A stretch of DNA of 64,000 bases from the NCBI GenBank assembly GCA_038143065.1, contig JAYQLI010000035.1:2016894-2080893 (forward strand), read 5' to 3'. Positions 45,732 through 53,954 of this stretch are shown piece after piece. The position numbers and the translations under genes are program-made. A model generated the notes under the pieces. It was given only the letters and a program-made list of their open reading frames with translations, was not told the origin of the DNA and ran no database searches. Origin of the DNA: Rhodospirillales bacterium. Lineage in GTDB: Bacteria; Pseudomonadota; Alphaproteobacteria; Bin95. Within the stretch, counting starts at the first letter, position 1. The number at the start of each line of letters is the position of its first letter.

Positions 45732-46403
45732 ATGCGCATTCTTGTTATCGAAGATGATAAAGAGACCGCGTCGTACATGGTCAAAGGTCTATCGGAGCAT
45801 GGGCATGTCGCCGACCATGTCCACGATGCCGAGTCAGGCTTAGTTATGGCTGAAACTGGTTATGATGTAATTGTGTTAGACCGCATGCTTCCTGGAATGG
45901 ATGGCCTTCAAGCAGCCCAAAACTTGAGAGGAAATGGTTTTACTACACCGATTCTGTTTTTATCCGCTCTCGGCGAGGTAGACGATAGAGTGACTGGATT
46001 GAAAGCGGGAGGTGATGATTATCTTGTAAAGCCTTTTGCATTCTCTGAGCTTTTAGCTCGACTTGAAGCTTTAGCTCGCAGGCGTGGTGAAGAACCTCAA
46101 ACTGAAATTTTGGTTGGAGACCTTGAGATAAATTTGCTCTCGCGTCGAGTTACCAGAGGGGGGCAACGCATCGAGCTTCAACCACGTGAGTTTAAGCTCC
46201 TAGAATTTTTAGCTAGGCATTCGGATAGGGTTGTTACAAGGACTATGCTGTTAGAGAATGTCTGGGAATATAATTTTGATCCGCAGACAAATGTGATTGA
46301 CGTCCATGTAAGTAGATTGCGATCAAAGATCGACAAAGGGTTTCAGTTACCTCTGCTCCATACTGTTCGTGGAGCCGGATATCGTCTGAGTGAAAAGGGC
46401 TGA
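45732..46403 (+). CDS. OmpR-family response regulator
   Basis: IEDD, LDRMLP, GGDDYLVKPF, TNVIDVHVSRLR, HTVRGAGY. Confidence 0.95.
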   Translation: MRILVIEDDKETASYMVKGLSEHGHVADHVHDAESGLVMAETGYDVIVLDRMLPGMDGLQAAQNLRGNGFTTPILFLSALGEVDDRVTGLKAGGDDYLVKPFAFSELLARLEALARRRGEEPQTEILVGDLEINLLSRRVTRGGQRIELQPREFKLLEFLARHSDRVVTRTMLLENVWEYNFDPQTNVIDVHVSRLRSKIDKGFQLPLLHTVRGAGYRLSEKG

Positions 46404-46417
46404 GGTGCACCTCAACT

Positions 46418-47806
46418 GTGCTAGGATTAATAAAATTAGTGCGGTCAACAGCCTTTCGATTGGCGTTATTTTACCTTTTGATTTTTGGAGTTTCGTCTGC
46501 GGGCCTTCTGGGTTTTGTGTTCTGGCGTAGCGCTGGGTTTACCGCGGAGCAGATTGACCAAACCATCTCAGCGGAAGTGCAGGGTCTACACGAGCGTTAT
46601 CGTTTGCTGGGGGTTCCTGGCCTAACTCAGGTAGTCAAAGAACGGTCAAATAGGCAAAGCCAAAGTCTTTATTATCTGGTTGATAGGCGAGGCCGTCGAC
46701 TTGCTGGGAATATAGATAGCTGGCCAACTCCGAATGCAGATCAGCAGGATTGGATAGATTTTGATTATAACCATCAAGTCGGAGATGTAGCTGAGCAACG
46801 ACGAGCTAGGGCTCGAGAGATTGAAATTTCTGGCGGATATAGGTTGTTGGTTGGCCGAGATGTTCAGCAGCGAGTTGCATTAGTCGAGCTCATCCAATCA
46901 GCGTTCTGGTGGGCAGGTTTTGGTATTGTTGGTCTTGGCCTTCTTGGCGGACTGTTTATTGGTAGACAGATGTTGCGGCGTATAGATGCTATGGCTGCGG
47001 CAAGTGCAGAAATCATGGCAGGAAACCTGAACCACCGGGTCCCTCATGATGGATCTGGAGACGAACTCGACCGGCTCGCTAAAAGTTTGAATTCTATGCT
47101 AGATCGGATTGAGGTTTTGATGAATGCGGTCAGGCAGGTATCTGACAATATTGCTCATGATCTTCGCACTCCTATAAGCCGCCTTCGTGCGCGTGCCGAG
47201 GTTACATTGATGGGCGATCCCAGCCTAGAATCTTGCCGAGAAGCGCTTGAAAAGACGCTCGAAGAAGCGGATGCCCTTCTATCAACTTTCAATGCGCTTT
47301 TGGATATAGCTCGACTTGAAGGTGGTGCTTCAGGTCCTAGAGATCCTGTGAATCTTAATGAAGTTATAGTCGACGTTGTGGACCTTTACGAACCGGTTGC
47401 TGAAGATGCTCAAATTACCCTGGAGGTGCTTCCCACGGTTGGTTCTACCACTGTAAAAGGTGACCGAAGGTTACTGTCGCAGGCAATAGCTAACTTAGTA
47501 GACAATGCGTTAAAATATACAGGAACTCGTGGTCGAGTTTGGTTGAAAGCAGAGCAGTCGGGAAAGCAAGCTATTCTGACCGTTGGTGATAATGGACCGG
47601 GCGTTCCAGCACTGGAAAGAGACAGAATATTTGACCGCTTTGTGCGACTAGACTCAGATAGAAGTAAGCCTGGAAATGGACTTGGTTTATCTTTGGTGCG
47701 CGCCGTAGCTGTAATGCACGGCGCGGAATTAAAGGTTGAAGATGGTCATCCAGGCCTCGTGGTATCTATTATTTTAGAAAGAGCTTCCGAAGTAGAAGTG
47801 CAGTGA
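46418..47806 (+). CDS. HAMP-domain sensor histidine kinase
   Basis: two TM helices, AHDLRTP, NLVDNALKY, DNGPG, FDRFVR, GNGLGL. Confidence 0.95.
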   Translation: MLGLIKLVRSTAFRLALFYLLIFGVSSAGLLGFVFWRSAGFTAEQIDQTISAEVQGLHERYRLLGVPGLTQVVKERSNRQSQSLYYLVDRRGRRLAGNIDSWPTPNADQQDWIDFDYNHQVGDVAEQRRARAREIEISGGYRLLVGRDVQQRVALVELIQSAFWWAGFGIVGLGLLGGLFIGRQMLRRIDAMAAASAEIMAGNLNHRVPHDGSGDELDRLAKSLNSMLDRIEVLMNAVRQVSDNIAHDLRTPISRLRARAEVTLMGDPSLESCREALEKTLEEADALLSTFNALLDIARLEGGASGPRDPVNLNEVIVDVVDLYEPVAEDAQITLEVLPTVGSTTVKGDRRLLSQAIANLVDNALKYTGTRGRVWLKAEQSGKQAILTVGDNGPGVPALERDRIFDRFVRLDSDRSKPGNGLGLSLVRAVAVMHGAELKVEDGHPGLVVSIILERASEVEVQ

Positions 47807-47813
47807 ACTTCGA

Positions 47814-49016
47814 TCAGAGACCTAACATCCTCTTTGCAATAATGTTGTGCTGGATTTCATTTGAGCCTGCAAAAATCGAATGCTTTCGATTGTTAAGATA
47901 TTGTGGGGATAAAGCGTTTGCATAGTCTGCCCCAATTGGTTCCTCATTCCAGCGGTCGTCTACCAGCGCATCTTTAATATAAGGCTGGCCATAGTACCCA
48001 ACGGCCTCCATTTTCAACTCCGACAGACGTTGCAGAATCTCTGTTCTTCGGATTTTGATCATTGAGGCCTCAAAACCCATTTCGCGGTCTGCAGACACTG
48101 CTGCGAGAAGCCTCATCATTTGAACTTCAAGGGCCATTAGCTCAATTTCAGATTCTGACACCTTTCGACGGAAGCTCTCATTATCCCATAGTTTGCCGCC
48201 CATACCATCATCTTGTTCGCACGCAATGTCTTTGAGTTGAGTGAGCAGCTTTTTTACGCTACCCAAAGCGCCACCACCCATCCGTTCATGACCAAGTAAA
48301 TACTTGGCTACTGTCCAGCCATCATCAACATTGCCAATAACATTGGATGCTGGAACACGAACATTATCAAAAAAGACTTCATTCACTTCATGTCCACCTT
48401 CAATGGTAATGAGAGGCTTTACGCTCACACCAGGCGTAGACATATCGACAAGAATAAACGTTATACCTTCTTGTCGTTTTCCAGTGTTAGAGGTTCGAAC
48501 TAAGCAAAAAATCCAGTCCGCCATATGGGCTGACGTAGTCCATGTTTTTTGCCCATTTAGCACAAAATCATCACCGTTTCTCTCTGCCTTCATCTTTAGG
48601 GATGCGAGGTCAGAGCCGGAACCTGGTTCTGAATACCCTTGGCAGAAAATTATTTCCCCAGATGCAATTTTTGGAAGGAAATAATCCTGCTGTTTGTCAG
48701 TTCCAAACCTCATCAGAACTGGACCGCACATGGTTATGCCAAACATGATCAATCTAGGCGCTCCAGCAAGAGACGCCTCTTCGTCATAAATATATTTTTG
48801 GTTTGTAGACCAGCCTGGCCCGCCCCAGCTTTCAGGCCAGTTGGGTGTAATCCAACCTTTTTTAAATAGAGCTCGATGCCAAGCCATTATTTCTTCACGG
48901 TTAACATGGTGTCCATTAAGTACTTTATGGGCGACGTTCGCGGGGAGGTTTTCTGTCAGGAAGCTCCTCACTTCTTCGCGGAAGGCTTCATCTTCTTTTG
49001 AGAATGACATATCCAT
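47814..49016 (-). CDS. acyl-CoA dehydrogenase (PimC-like)
   Basis: CQGYSEPGSGSDLASL, NGQKTWT, NEVFFDNV, LGHER, SIFAGSNEIQ. Confidence 0.92.
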   Translation of the reverse strand: MDMSFSKEDEAFREEVRSFLTENLPANVAHKVLNGHHVNREEIMAWHRALFKKGWITPNWPESWGGPGWSTNQKYIYDEEASLAGAPRLIMFGITMCGPVLMRFGTDKQQDYFLPKIASGEIIFCQGYSEPGSGSDLASLKMKAERNGDDFVLNGQKTWTTSAHMADWIFCLVRTSNTGKRQEGITFILVDMSTPGVSVKPLITIEGGHEVNEVFFDNVRVPASNVIGNVDDGWTVAKYLLGHERMGGGALGSVKKLLTQLKDIACEQDDGMGGKLWDNESFRRKVSESEIELMALEVQMMRLLAAVSADREMGFEASMIKIRRTEILQRLSELKMEAVGYYGQPYIKDALVDDRWNEEPIGADYANALSPQYLNNRKHSIFAGSNEIQHNIIAKRMLGL

Positions 49017-49124
49017 CGAATCGAGATTCCTTCTTTCCGTTCACTGCATTTTCGTCTGTTAACCAGAATGCTTAAAAGGTAAGTTGGTAATGCTATTTGG
49101 ACAAGCTACTGAGGAAGCGCGTTT

Positions 49125-49745
49125 ATGTCTCACAAACCATATCGGTTATACATGACCCCGACTTCACCATTCGCCCGGAAGTGCCGAATGGTGATTTACG
49201 AATGTGGCCTTCAAGACCAGGTGGAGGAATTTGATGCCCGGGTTCGTTCCGAAGAAAATGAAGTTCTTGACGTTAGCCCTCTTGGAAAAGTCCCAACCCT
49301 GACTGGGCCAAATGGTCTGACCCTCGTCGACTCTACTTTAATTTCTGAATTTTTAGATAAAATTGGTGGTTCACCGATACTGCACGGCGCAACGGATCAG
49401 GATAGATGGATGCGAGCTCCAGAATGGGCTTTGGCCGAAGGGTTATTGGAATCTCTTGCATGGCGAACTCGAGAATTTAGACGGCCAGAGGATGAACGTT
49501 CACCAAGTTTTATAGATTATGAAGGCGCTCGACAGAGAAGAATTTATGATTGGCTAGAAATGTCACCGCCCAATCAAGGCGCTCGAGATATATCTCATAT
49601 CGGGTTTGTTATTGCTTTAGATTATTCCCTTTATAGATTTCCAAACGAGGATTGGCGTCCAACAAGACCGTCTCTAACTAAGTGGTTCGAAATCGAGGCG
49701 GGCCGCCCGTCATTTCAAGCAACTTTGCTACCTACAAAGGTTTGA
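49125..49745 (+). CDS. glutathione S-transferase family protein
   Basis: TSPFARK, PLGKVPTL, DSTLISEFLD, RPSF. Confidence 0.9.
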   Translation: MSHKPYRLYMTPTSPFARKCRMVIYECGLQDQVEEFDARVRSEENEVLDVSPLGKVPTLTGPNGLTLVDSTLISEFLDKIGGSPILHGATDQDRWMRAPEWALAEGLLESLAWRTREFRRPEDERSPSFIDYEGARQRRIYDWLEMSPPNQGARDISHIGFVIALDYSLYRFPNEDWRPTRPSLTKWFEIEAGRPSFQATLLPTKV

Positions 49746-49761
49746 TTAATTTTTATTTGGT

Positions 49762-49777
49762 TTAATGGGGTTTTAAC
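49762..49777 (+). promoter_or_regulatory. candidate CtrA box
   Basis: TTAA-TGGGGTT-TTAAC matches TTAA-N7-TTAAC in the spacer before the cold-shock gene. Confidence 0.35.
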
Positions 49778-50123
49778 TTTCTAAGCCTATAAAGATTCTT
49801 CTTGCTTCGACGAAATACTCACCTATTTTATCCTCTGGTGGTGTCGCTTTTTGAGGAAAGTGACTGCGTATTATAAAGTAGAGGCGTTAAAAGAAGCTAA
49901 AGTTACTTTAATAGTAGGTGGCAAGCAGCTTGTAGTTAGTATGATTGCCGCAGTTTTCCTCATAGAATAGAGCGTACTATATTGTGAAGGCTTTGCAGGC
50001 TGGAGCAGTTGGGCGTAAGGGCGCGTTCCCGCCGTGCGCAGAGAGTAGGGTTTTGGCAGGTTTTAAAGGAATAGTTTCGGGCCGGGGGCTTAAACCCATT
50101 AATTAAAGAAAGTTGGAATAGAA

Positions 50124-50792
50124 ATGTCTTTTGAGGATGATCAGCAGGAGCCGACTGCGGTTGATGTGGATGTAACCGTAAAATGGTTTAATGGTATTAA
50201 GGGTTATGGCTTTGTTACCACGCCAGATGGTGATGATGCATTTATGCATGTCACATCACTTCAAGCACTCGGTCGGAACAGCATTCCTCCAGAATCTCGA
50301 GTTAAATGTGATCTTGGTCCAGGTCGTCGAGGATTACAGGTTTTAACTGTAAAAGAAATCTTAGAGCTTGGCGAAGAACCTCCACCACGTGCTCCTCGCT
50401 CTGGTGGCTTTGGTGGTGATCGCGGGGGATTCCGCGGCGGTGATCGCGGTGGCTACGGCGGCGGCGGCCGCGGTGGCTATGGCGGTGGTGACCGCGGTGG
50501 CTACGGCGGTGGTGACCGCGGTGGCTACGGCGGTGGTGACCGCGGTGGCTACGGCGGTGGTGACCGTGATGATCGCGCGCCTCTTGAGACCAGACAGGCA
50601 ACTGTAAAATTCTATAATGCTGAGCGTGGCTTTGGCTTTGCATCACCAAGCGATGGTGGGGAAGACATCTACGTTCCGGCTCGTGTTGTAGAACGTGCTG
50701 GGATGGGAGAATTACAGCCAGAGCAGTCAGTGGAAATTGATGTGCGACCTGGGCCTCGTGGTCCAATGGCTGCACGCATTCGCCACAATTAG
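50124..50792 (+). CDS. cold-shock protein with two CSDs and a Gly/Arg/Tyr-rich linker
   Basis: VKWFNGIKGYGF...DAFMH and VKFYNAERGFGF...DIYV RNP1/RNP2 motifs flanking (GGGDRGGY)n. Confidence 0.93.
   Translation: MSFEDDQQEPTAVDVDVTVKWFNGIKGYGFVTTPDGDDAFMHVTSLQALGRNSIPPESRVKCDLGPGRRGLQVLTVKEILELGEEPPPRAPRSGGFGGDRGGFRGGDRGGYGGGGRGGYGGGDRGGYGGGDRGGYGGGDRGGYGGGDRDDRAPLETRQATVKFYNAERGFGFASPSDGGEDIYVPARVVERAGMGELQPEQSVEIDVRPGPRGPMAARIRHN
50412..50566 (+). repeat. in-frame 24-bp tandem repeat GGCGGTGGTGACCGCGGTGGCTAC
   Basis: three exact copies 50481-50552, a partial copy to 50566, three degenerate copies from 50412. Confidence 0.95.
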
Positions 50793-50831
50793 TATTGGAG
50801 CCTGTTTTATCAGGCTTTAAGTACCTTTATT

Positions 50832-50865
50832 AAGAGGCCTCGCTGAAAAAGCGGGGCCTTTTTTT
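50832..50865. terminator. intrinsic terminator between convergent csp and glcG-like genes
   Basis: AGGCCTCGCT-gaaaa-AGCGGGGCCT plus T-run; a smaller hairpin AGCCTG/CAGGCT lies at 50799-50816. Confidence 0.85.
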
Positions 50866-50869
50866 ATAT

Positions 50870-51334
50870 TCAAAGTTTAGATGACGCCCAGTTCTCAGAT
50901 GGTTGAGCCGGCATAGGCTCAAACCCCGCGGCACGAGCACCTAAGATTGCACACAATTCATCTTTATCTGATGTATCGCCACTTATTCCGACAGCGCCAA
51001 CAACAAAGTCGCCTTGTCGCTTAAGTAATACGCCGCCCGGTACTGCTATGACGCGTCCTCCGGATGCAGCTGCTAGAGCGGACTGGAAAGACGGGCGGTC
51101 TGCGAGACGATCACGTAGTACACGCGATGGCACACCCATGCCCAAAGCGCCCCATGCTTTACCTATTGCGATTTCGGGTCGAAGAATTCCAGATCCATCC
51201 TCTCGCTTGAGAGAAACTAGGCAACCGCCAGCGTCCAATACGGCTACTGTCAGCGGCATAAAATTATGCCGCCGACCTTCTATGAGTGCTTCAGAGATTA
51301 TGTTGTCTGCCTGTTCAAGCGTAACGTTTGTCAT
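50870..51334 (-). CDS. GlcG/HbpS family heme-binding protein
   Basis: VAVLDAGG, REDG, IAIGKAW.A, PGGVL, GAVGISG.TSDKD. Confidence 0.9.
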   Translation of the reverse strand: MTNVTLEQADNIISEALIEGRRHNFMPLTVAVLDAGGCLVSLKREDGSGILRPEIAIGKAWGALGMGVPSRVLRDRLADRPSFQSALAAASGGRVIAVPGGVLLKRQGDFVVGAVGISGDTSDKDELCAILGARAAGFEPMPAQPSENWASSKL

Positions 51335-51337
51335 AGT

Positions 51338-51805
51338 TCAAGTCTTTGTCGCCCAACGGTTGGCAGCATCGTTATCAGTTTGTCTGGCAGCCACCCAACG
51401 CTCACCAGTTTTAGTTTCTTCGCATTTCCAAAAGGGCGCTTGTGTTTTGAGATAATCCATTAGGAATTCACATGCCTCAAACGCAGCCTTTCGATGGCTG
51501 GACAAAGTTACGACAAGCACAATAGGGTCCCCAGGGATGAAGCGGCCGTAACGGTGAATTATTAGACAATCAATGAGTTGCCAACGTTTACGGGCTTCAA
51601 GCTCAATTTCCAGAAGCTGGTTTTCAGTCATCCCAGGATAGTGTTCTAGTGTCATAGCGATTACTGGCTCGGCACCTTCATCAGGATTATCTTCTCGAGC
51701 TATTCCTATAAAGCTAGCCACCGCTCCTACATCTTTTCGCTCAGCCGTTATCCTTGAGATTTCTAATCCAACGTCGAACGGTGCCTCCTGCAAACAAACC
51801 GTCAT
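51338..51805 (-). CDS. moaE: molybdopterin synthase catalytic subunit
   Basis: GAVASFIG, LEHYPGM, HRYG, HRKAAF, MDYLKTQAPFWK. Confidence 0.95.
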   Translation of the reverse strand: MTVCLQEAPFDVGLEISRITAERKDVGAVASFIGIAREDNPDEGAEPVIAMTLEHYPGMTENQLLEIELEARKRWQLIDCLIIHRYGRFIPGDPIVLVVTLSSHRKAAFEACEFLMDYLKTQAPFWKCEETKTGERWVAARQTDNDAANRWATKT

Positions 51806-51809
51806 GGCA

Positions 51810-52061
51810 TTATCCTCCTGTGACAGGCGGAAAGAACGCCACTTCAACAGCCTTAAGAATGCTGTCATTAGGCTCGGCAAATTGTTGGTCGATAGCTATG
51901 CGGATAGTGCTTCTATTAGCAAATGCTTCTGCGTGTCCTTCAGACAAGCCAATAAGCCAGTCGATTAGTTGCTCCGCTGTTTTTACGTTTGTAGGAGGCG
52001 TATTTATCTCCTCTGCATATCCAATCTTCTGGCGAACCCATGCAAAATAGAGAATTTTCAT
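51810..52061 (-). CDS. moaD: molybdopterin synthase sulfur carrier subunit
   Basis: ILYFAWVR, EVAFFPPVTGG C-terminus. Confidence 0.95.
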   Translation of the reverse strand: MKILYFAWVRQKIGYAEEINTPPTNVKTAEQLIDWLIGLSEGHAEAFANRSTIRIAIDQQFAEPNDSILKAVEVAFFPPVTGG

Positions 52062-52065
52062 TTTT

Positions 52066-52578
52066 CTAATTTCTCCAAGGCTGCTCTTTTATGCGACTTT
52101 GAATAAACCTTGCTACCGTGACAGGGTCAGATAGAGGAAGTGATAGAGGAGCACTAGCAGTTAATTTGGTGTCGTCACTTGCCACAGCGATGATCTTATC
52201 ATCTTCCTTCCAGAGGGGCTTTCCACCATGAGTCTCCCTCCAAACTTCGATTTTTTCGATCACACCACCCTTATATCCCTCTACTAAGACAATATCGGTG
52301 GGCCCTAGTAAAGCGAGCGAGTCGTCCAGTGTTAGTTCTGGCTCATTTCTCAGTTCAGTCATAAGTGCCCAGCGATTTGGCGAGGAAATTAAAACCTGTC
52401 TCGCCCCAGCGGAGCGATGTCTGAAACTATCTTTGCCTTCGCGATCAATATCAAACCGCTGATGAGCATGCTTAATAGTGGCAACGTCAAACCCATCAAC
52501 AACTAGTGCCCTAACAACACCTTCTATTAAGGTGGTTTTGCCAACGCCACTCCATCCGATGATGCCTAGCACATACAT
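52066..52578 (-). CDS. mobB: molybdopterin-guanine dinucleotide biosynthesis protein B
   Basis: GWSGVGKTT, IKHAH..FDID..GKDS, VEGYK. Confidence 0.94.
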   Translation of the reverse strand: MYVLGIIGWSGVGKTTLIEGVVRALVVDGFDVATIKHAHQRFDIDREGKDSFRHRSAGARQVLISSPNRWALMTELRNEPELTLDDSLALLGPTDIVLVEGYKGGVIEKIEVWRETHGGKPLWKEDDKIIAVASDDTKLTASAPLSLPLSDPVTVARFIQSRIKEQPWRN

Positions 52579-52595
52579 TCTAAGACTATCTTCTC

Positions 52596-53141
52596 TTATT
52601 TGAGAGTGGAAAGAGCAGTGCGAAGATAAGATAGCCCTGTCCATACAGACAGAAATGCAGCAATCCAAAGTAAGGCGCATCCAACCAAAGGCAGCCAATC
52701 ACCCAGCAGGGTCCCAGTTAAAAGGATAGCTAAGGCTGTCATTTGAACAAATGTTTTAGATTTGGCGGCATATGAAGATGTGAGGCGTGGTACATCTTTG
52801 CCGGCCATCCCTTCCCGCAGGCCAGAAATGAAGATTTCACGACCTAGTATGGCTACTGCCGGAATTAAATTCCAATCCGGTAATGAACCCAGCCACAGGA
52901 GTACGATCAGGGTGATGCAAACCTGAATTTTATCTGCAATTGGGTCCAAAATGGCCCCAAGAACGCTTTCTTGTTCCAGCCTACGAGCAAGGAAACCATC
53001 AAACCAGTCGGTTACAGCAGCTGCTATAAAAACTGCTGCGGCGCTGTAGCTACCAGCTTGGCCGTCCACTGCTGCTAGAAGCACAATGACTGGTGCGGCT
53101 AAAATTCTTGTTACTGTAAGGATATTTGGTAACGTCGTCAT
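52596..53141 (-). CDS. pgsA: CDP-diacylglycerol--glycerol-3-phosphate 3-phosphatidyltransferase
   Basis: LPNILT..R, TDWFDGFLAR...GAILDPIADK, REIFISGLRE, KTFVQM. Confidence 0.93.
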   Translation of the reverse strand: MTTLPNILTVTRILAAPVIVLLAAVDGQAGSYSAAAVFIAAAVTDWFDGFLARRLEQESVLGAILDPIADKIQVCITLIVLLWLGSLPDWNLIPAVAILGREIFISGLREGMAGKDVPRLTSSYAAKSKTFVQMTALAILLTGTLLGDWLPLVGCALLWIAAFLSVWTGLSYLRTALSTLK

Positions 53142-53605
53142 AGAACCTCAAAAACTGCAATTTCAGCACCGCGTGGCCGCCGTGCTGCTGTTGCAACGGC
53201 AACTACATTATTTAACCAAAGATAATTCTCTGCTCCAGTTTCAAAAGTTGGTGTGGTGCGAAATCTATAACGGCTTGGGTCTACATCTTCTCCACGATCA
53301 AGCATGGCTCCCACTTCTCTATCTGCAACCCTAACTCCACGATTATGAACGAATATCAGCCCACCATCCCCTGTTTGCAGCATGTAACGTGATTCGAGGC
53401 TTACAACTCCATCTGGTCGAATAAGTTGCCAGTCTGACCCCCCCGAAAGCACCTTTCCAGACATATTTGGTCCATCAAACCAACCACCTGTAATTTGTAT
53501 CACTCGTCTAATGCCATGGGGTGTCTCGCCAATCATCCGTGGTTTTTCTGCTTCAAGGCTGCATTCGTAAAGCAAGCGGAAATTTGGTTTTGGCAGATTA
53601 ATCAT
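53138..53605 (-). CDS. DUF3237 family protein
   Basis: G.TPHG.RR..I.GG.F.GP, GG.DWQ, YRFRTTP.FET, Y.WLN. Confidence 0.82.
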   Translation of the reverse strand: MINLPKPNFRLLYECSLEAEKPRMIGETPHGIRRVIQITGGWFDGPNMSGKVLSGGSDWQLIRPDGVVSLESRYMLQTGDGGLIFVHNRGVRVADREVGAMLDRGEDVDPSRYRFRTTPTFETGAENYLWLNNVVAVATAARRPRGAEIAVFEVL

Positions 53606-53620
53606 TCAGGTTTCGCCTTT

Positions 53621-53869
53621 TCAGCCCCCAGCTATTTTTGGGATAAGACAAACTTCACTGTCTGGATTAATAGGCTCTAGATAAGTGTCCTGACAGATAA
53701 CACCATCTATAGCCACGGCCATGCTTTCTTCCACCTGATTACCAAGGCCTGGATATCGACGATCAAGTTCGCGAATAAGGGCGCGAACGTTGGAGGCTTC
53801 TATCTCGACTTCTGTAATCGTTCCCATAAAAGGTCTGCACATCTGACTTGCGACAGTGACACGAGCCAT
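53621..53869 (-). CDS. MoaD/ThiS-family ubiquitin-like protein
   Basis: L..RYPGL, AVAIDG, EV.LIPKIAGG di-Gly C-terminus; purine-rich RBS. Confidence 0.88.
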   Translation of the reverse strand: MARVTVASQMCRPFMGTITEVEIEASNVRALIRELDRRYPGLGNQVEESMAVAIDGVICQDTYLEPINPDSEVCLIPKIAGG

Positions 53870-53883
53870 GTTGCCTTCCCCTT

Positions 53884-53926
53884 TCAAAAATAAGGCGGCA
53901 AAGCCTTACAGCATTGCCGCCTTTTT
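53884..53926. terminator. terminator-like hairpin between the Mo subunit gene and the MoaD-like gene
   Basis: AAGGCGGCAA-N12-TTGCCGCCTT (53892-53923) with T-rich tails on both strands. Confidence 0.7.
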
Positions 53927-53954
53927 ACCACACTGAGAAGTTGAGCCTAAAAAA

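Noticed and set aside
50412-50566. Tandem repeat considered as a CRISPR array
   Set aside because: No spacers, in-frame coding, no cas genes
50302-50775. His/Arg-rich (HHRRSHRG)n ORF and (AVVTAVAT)n ORF
   Set aside because: Other-frame readings of the 24-bp repeat inside the cold-shock gene
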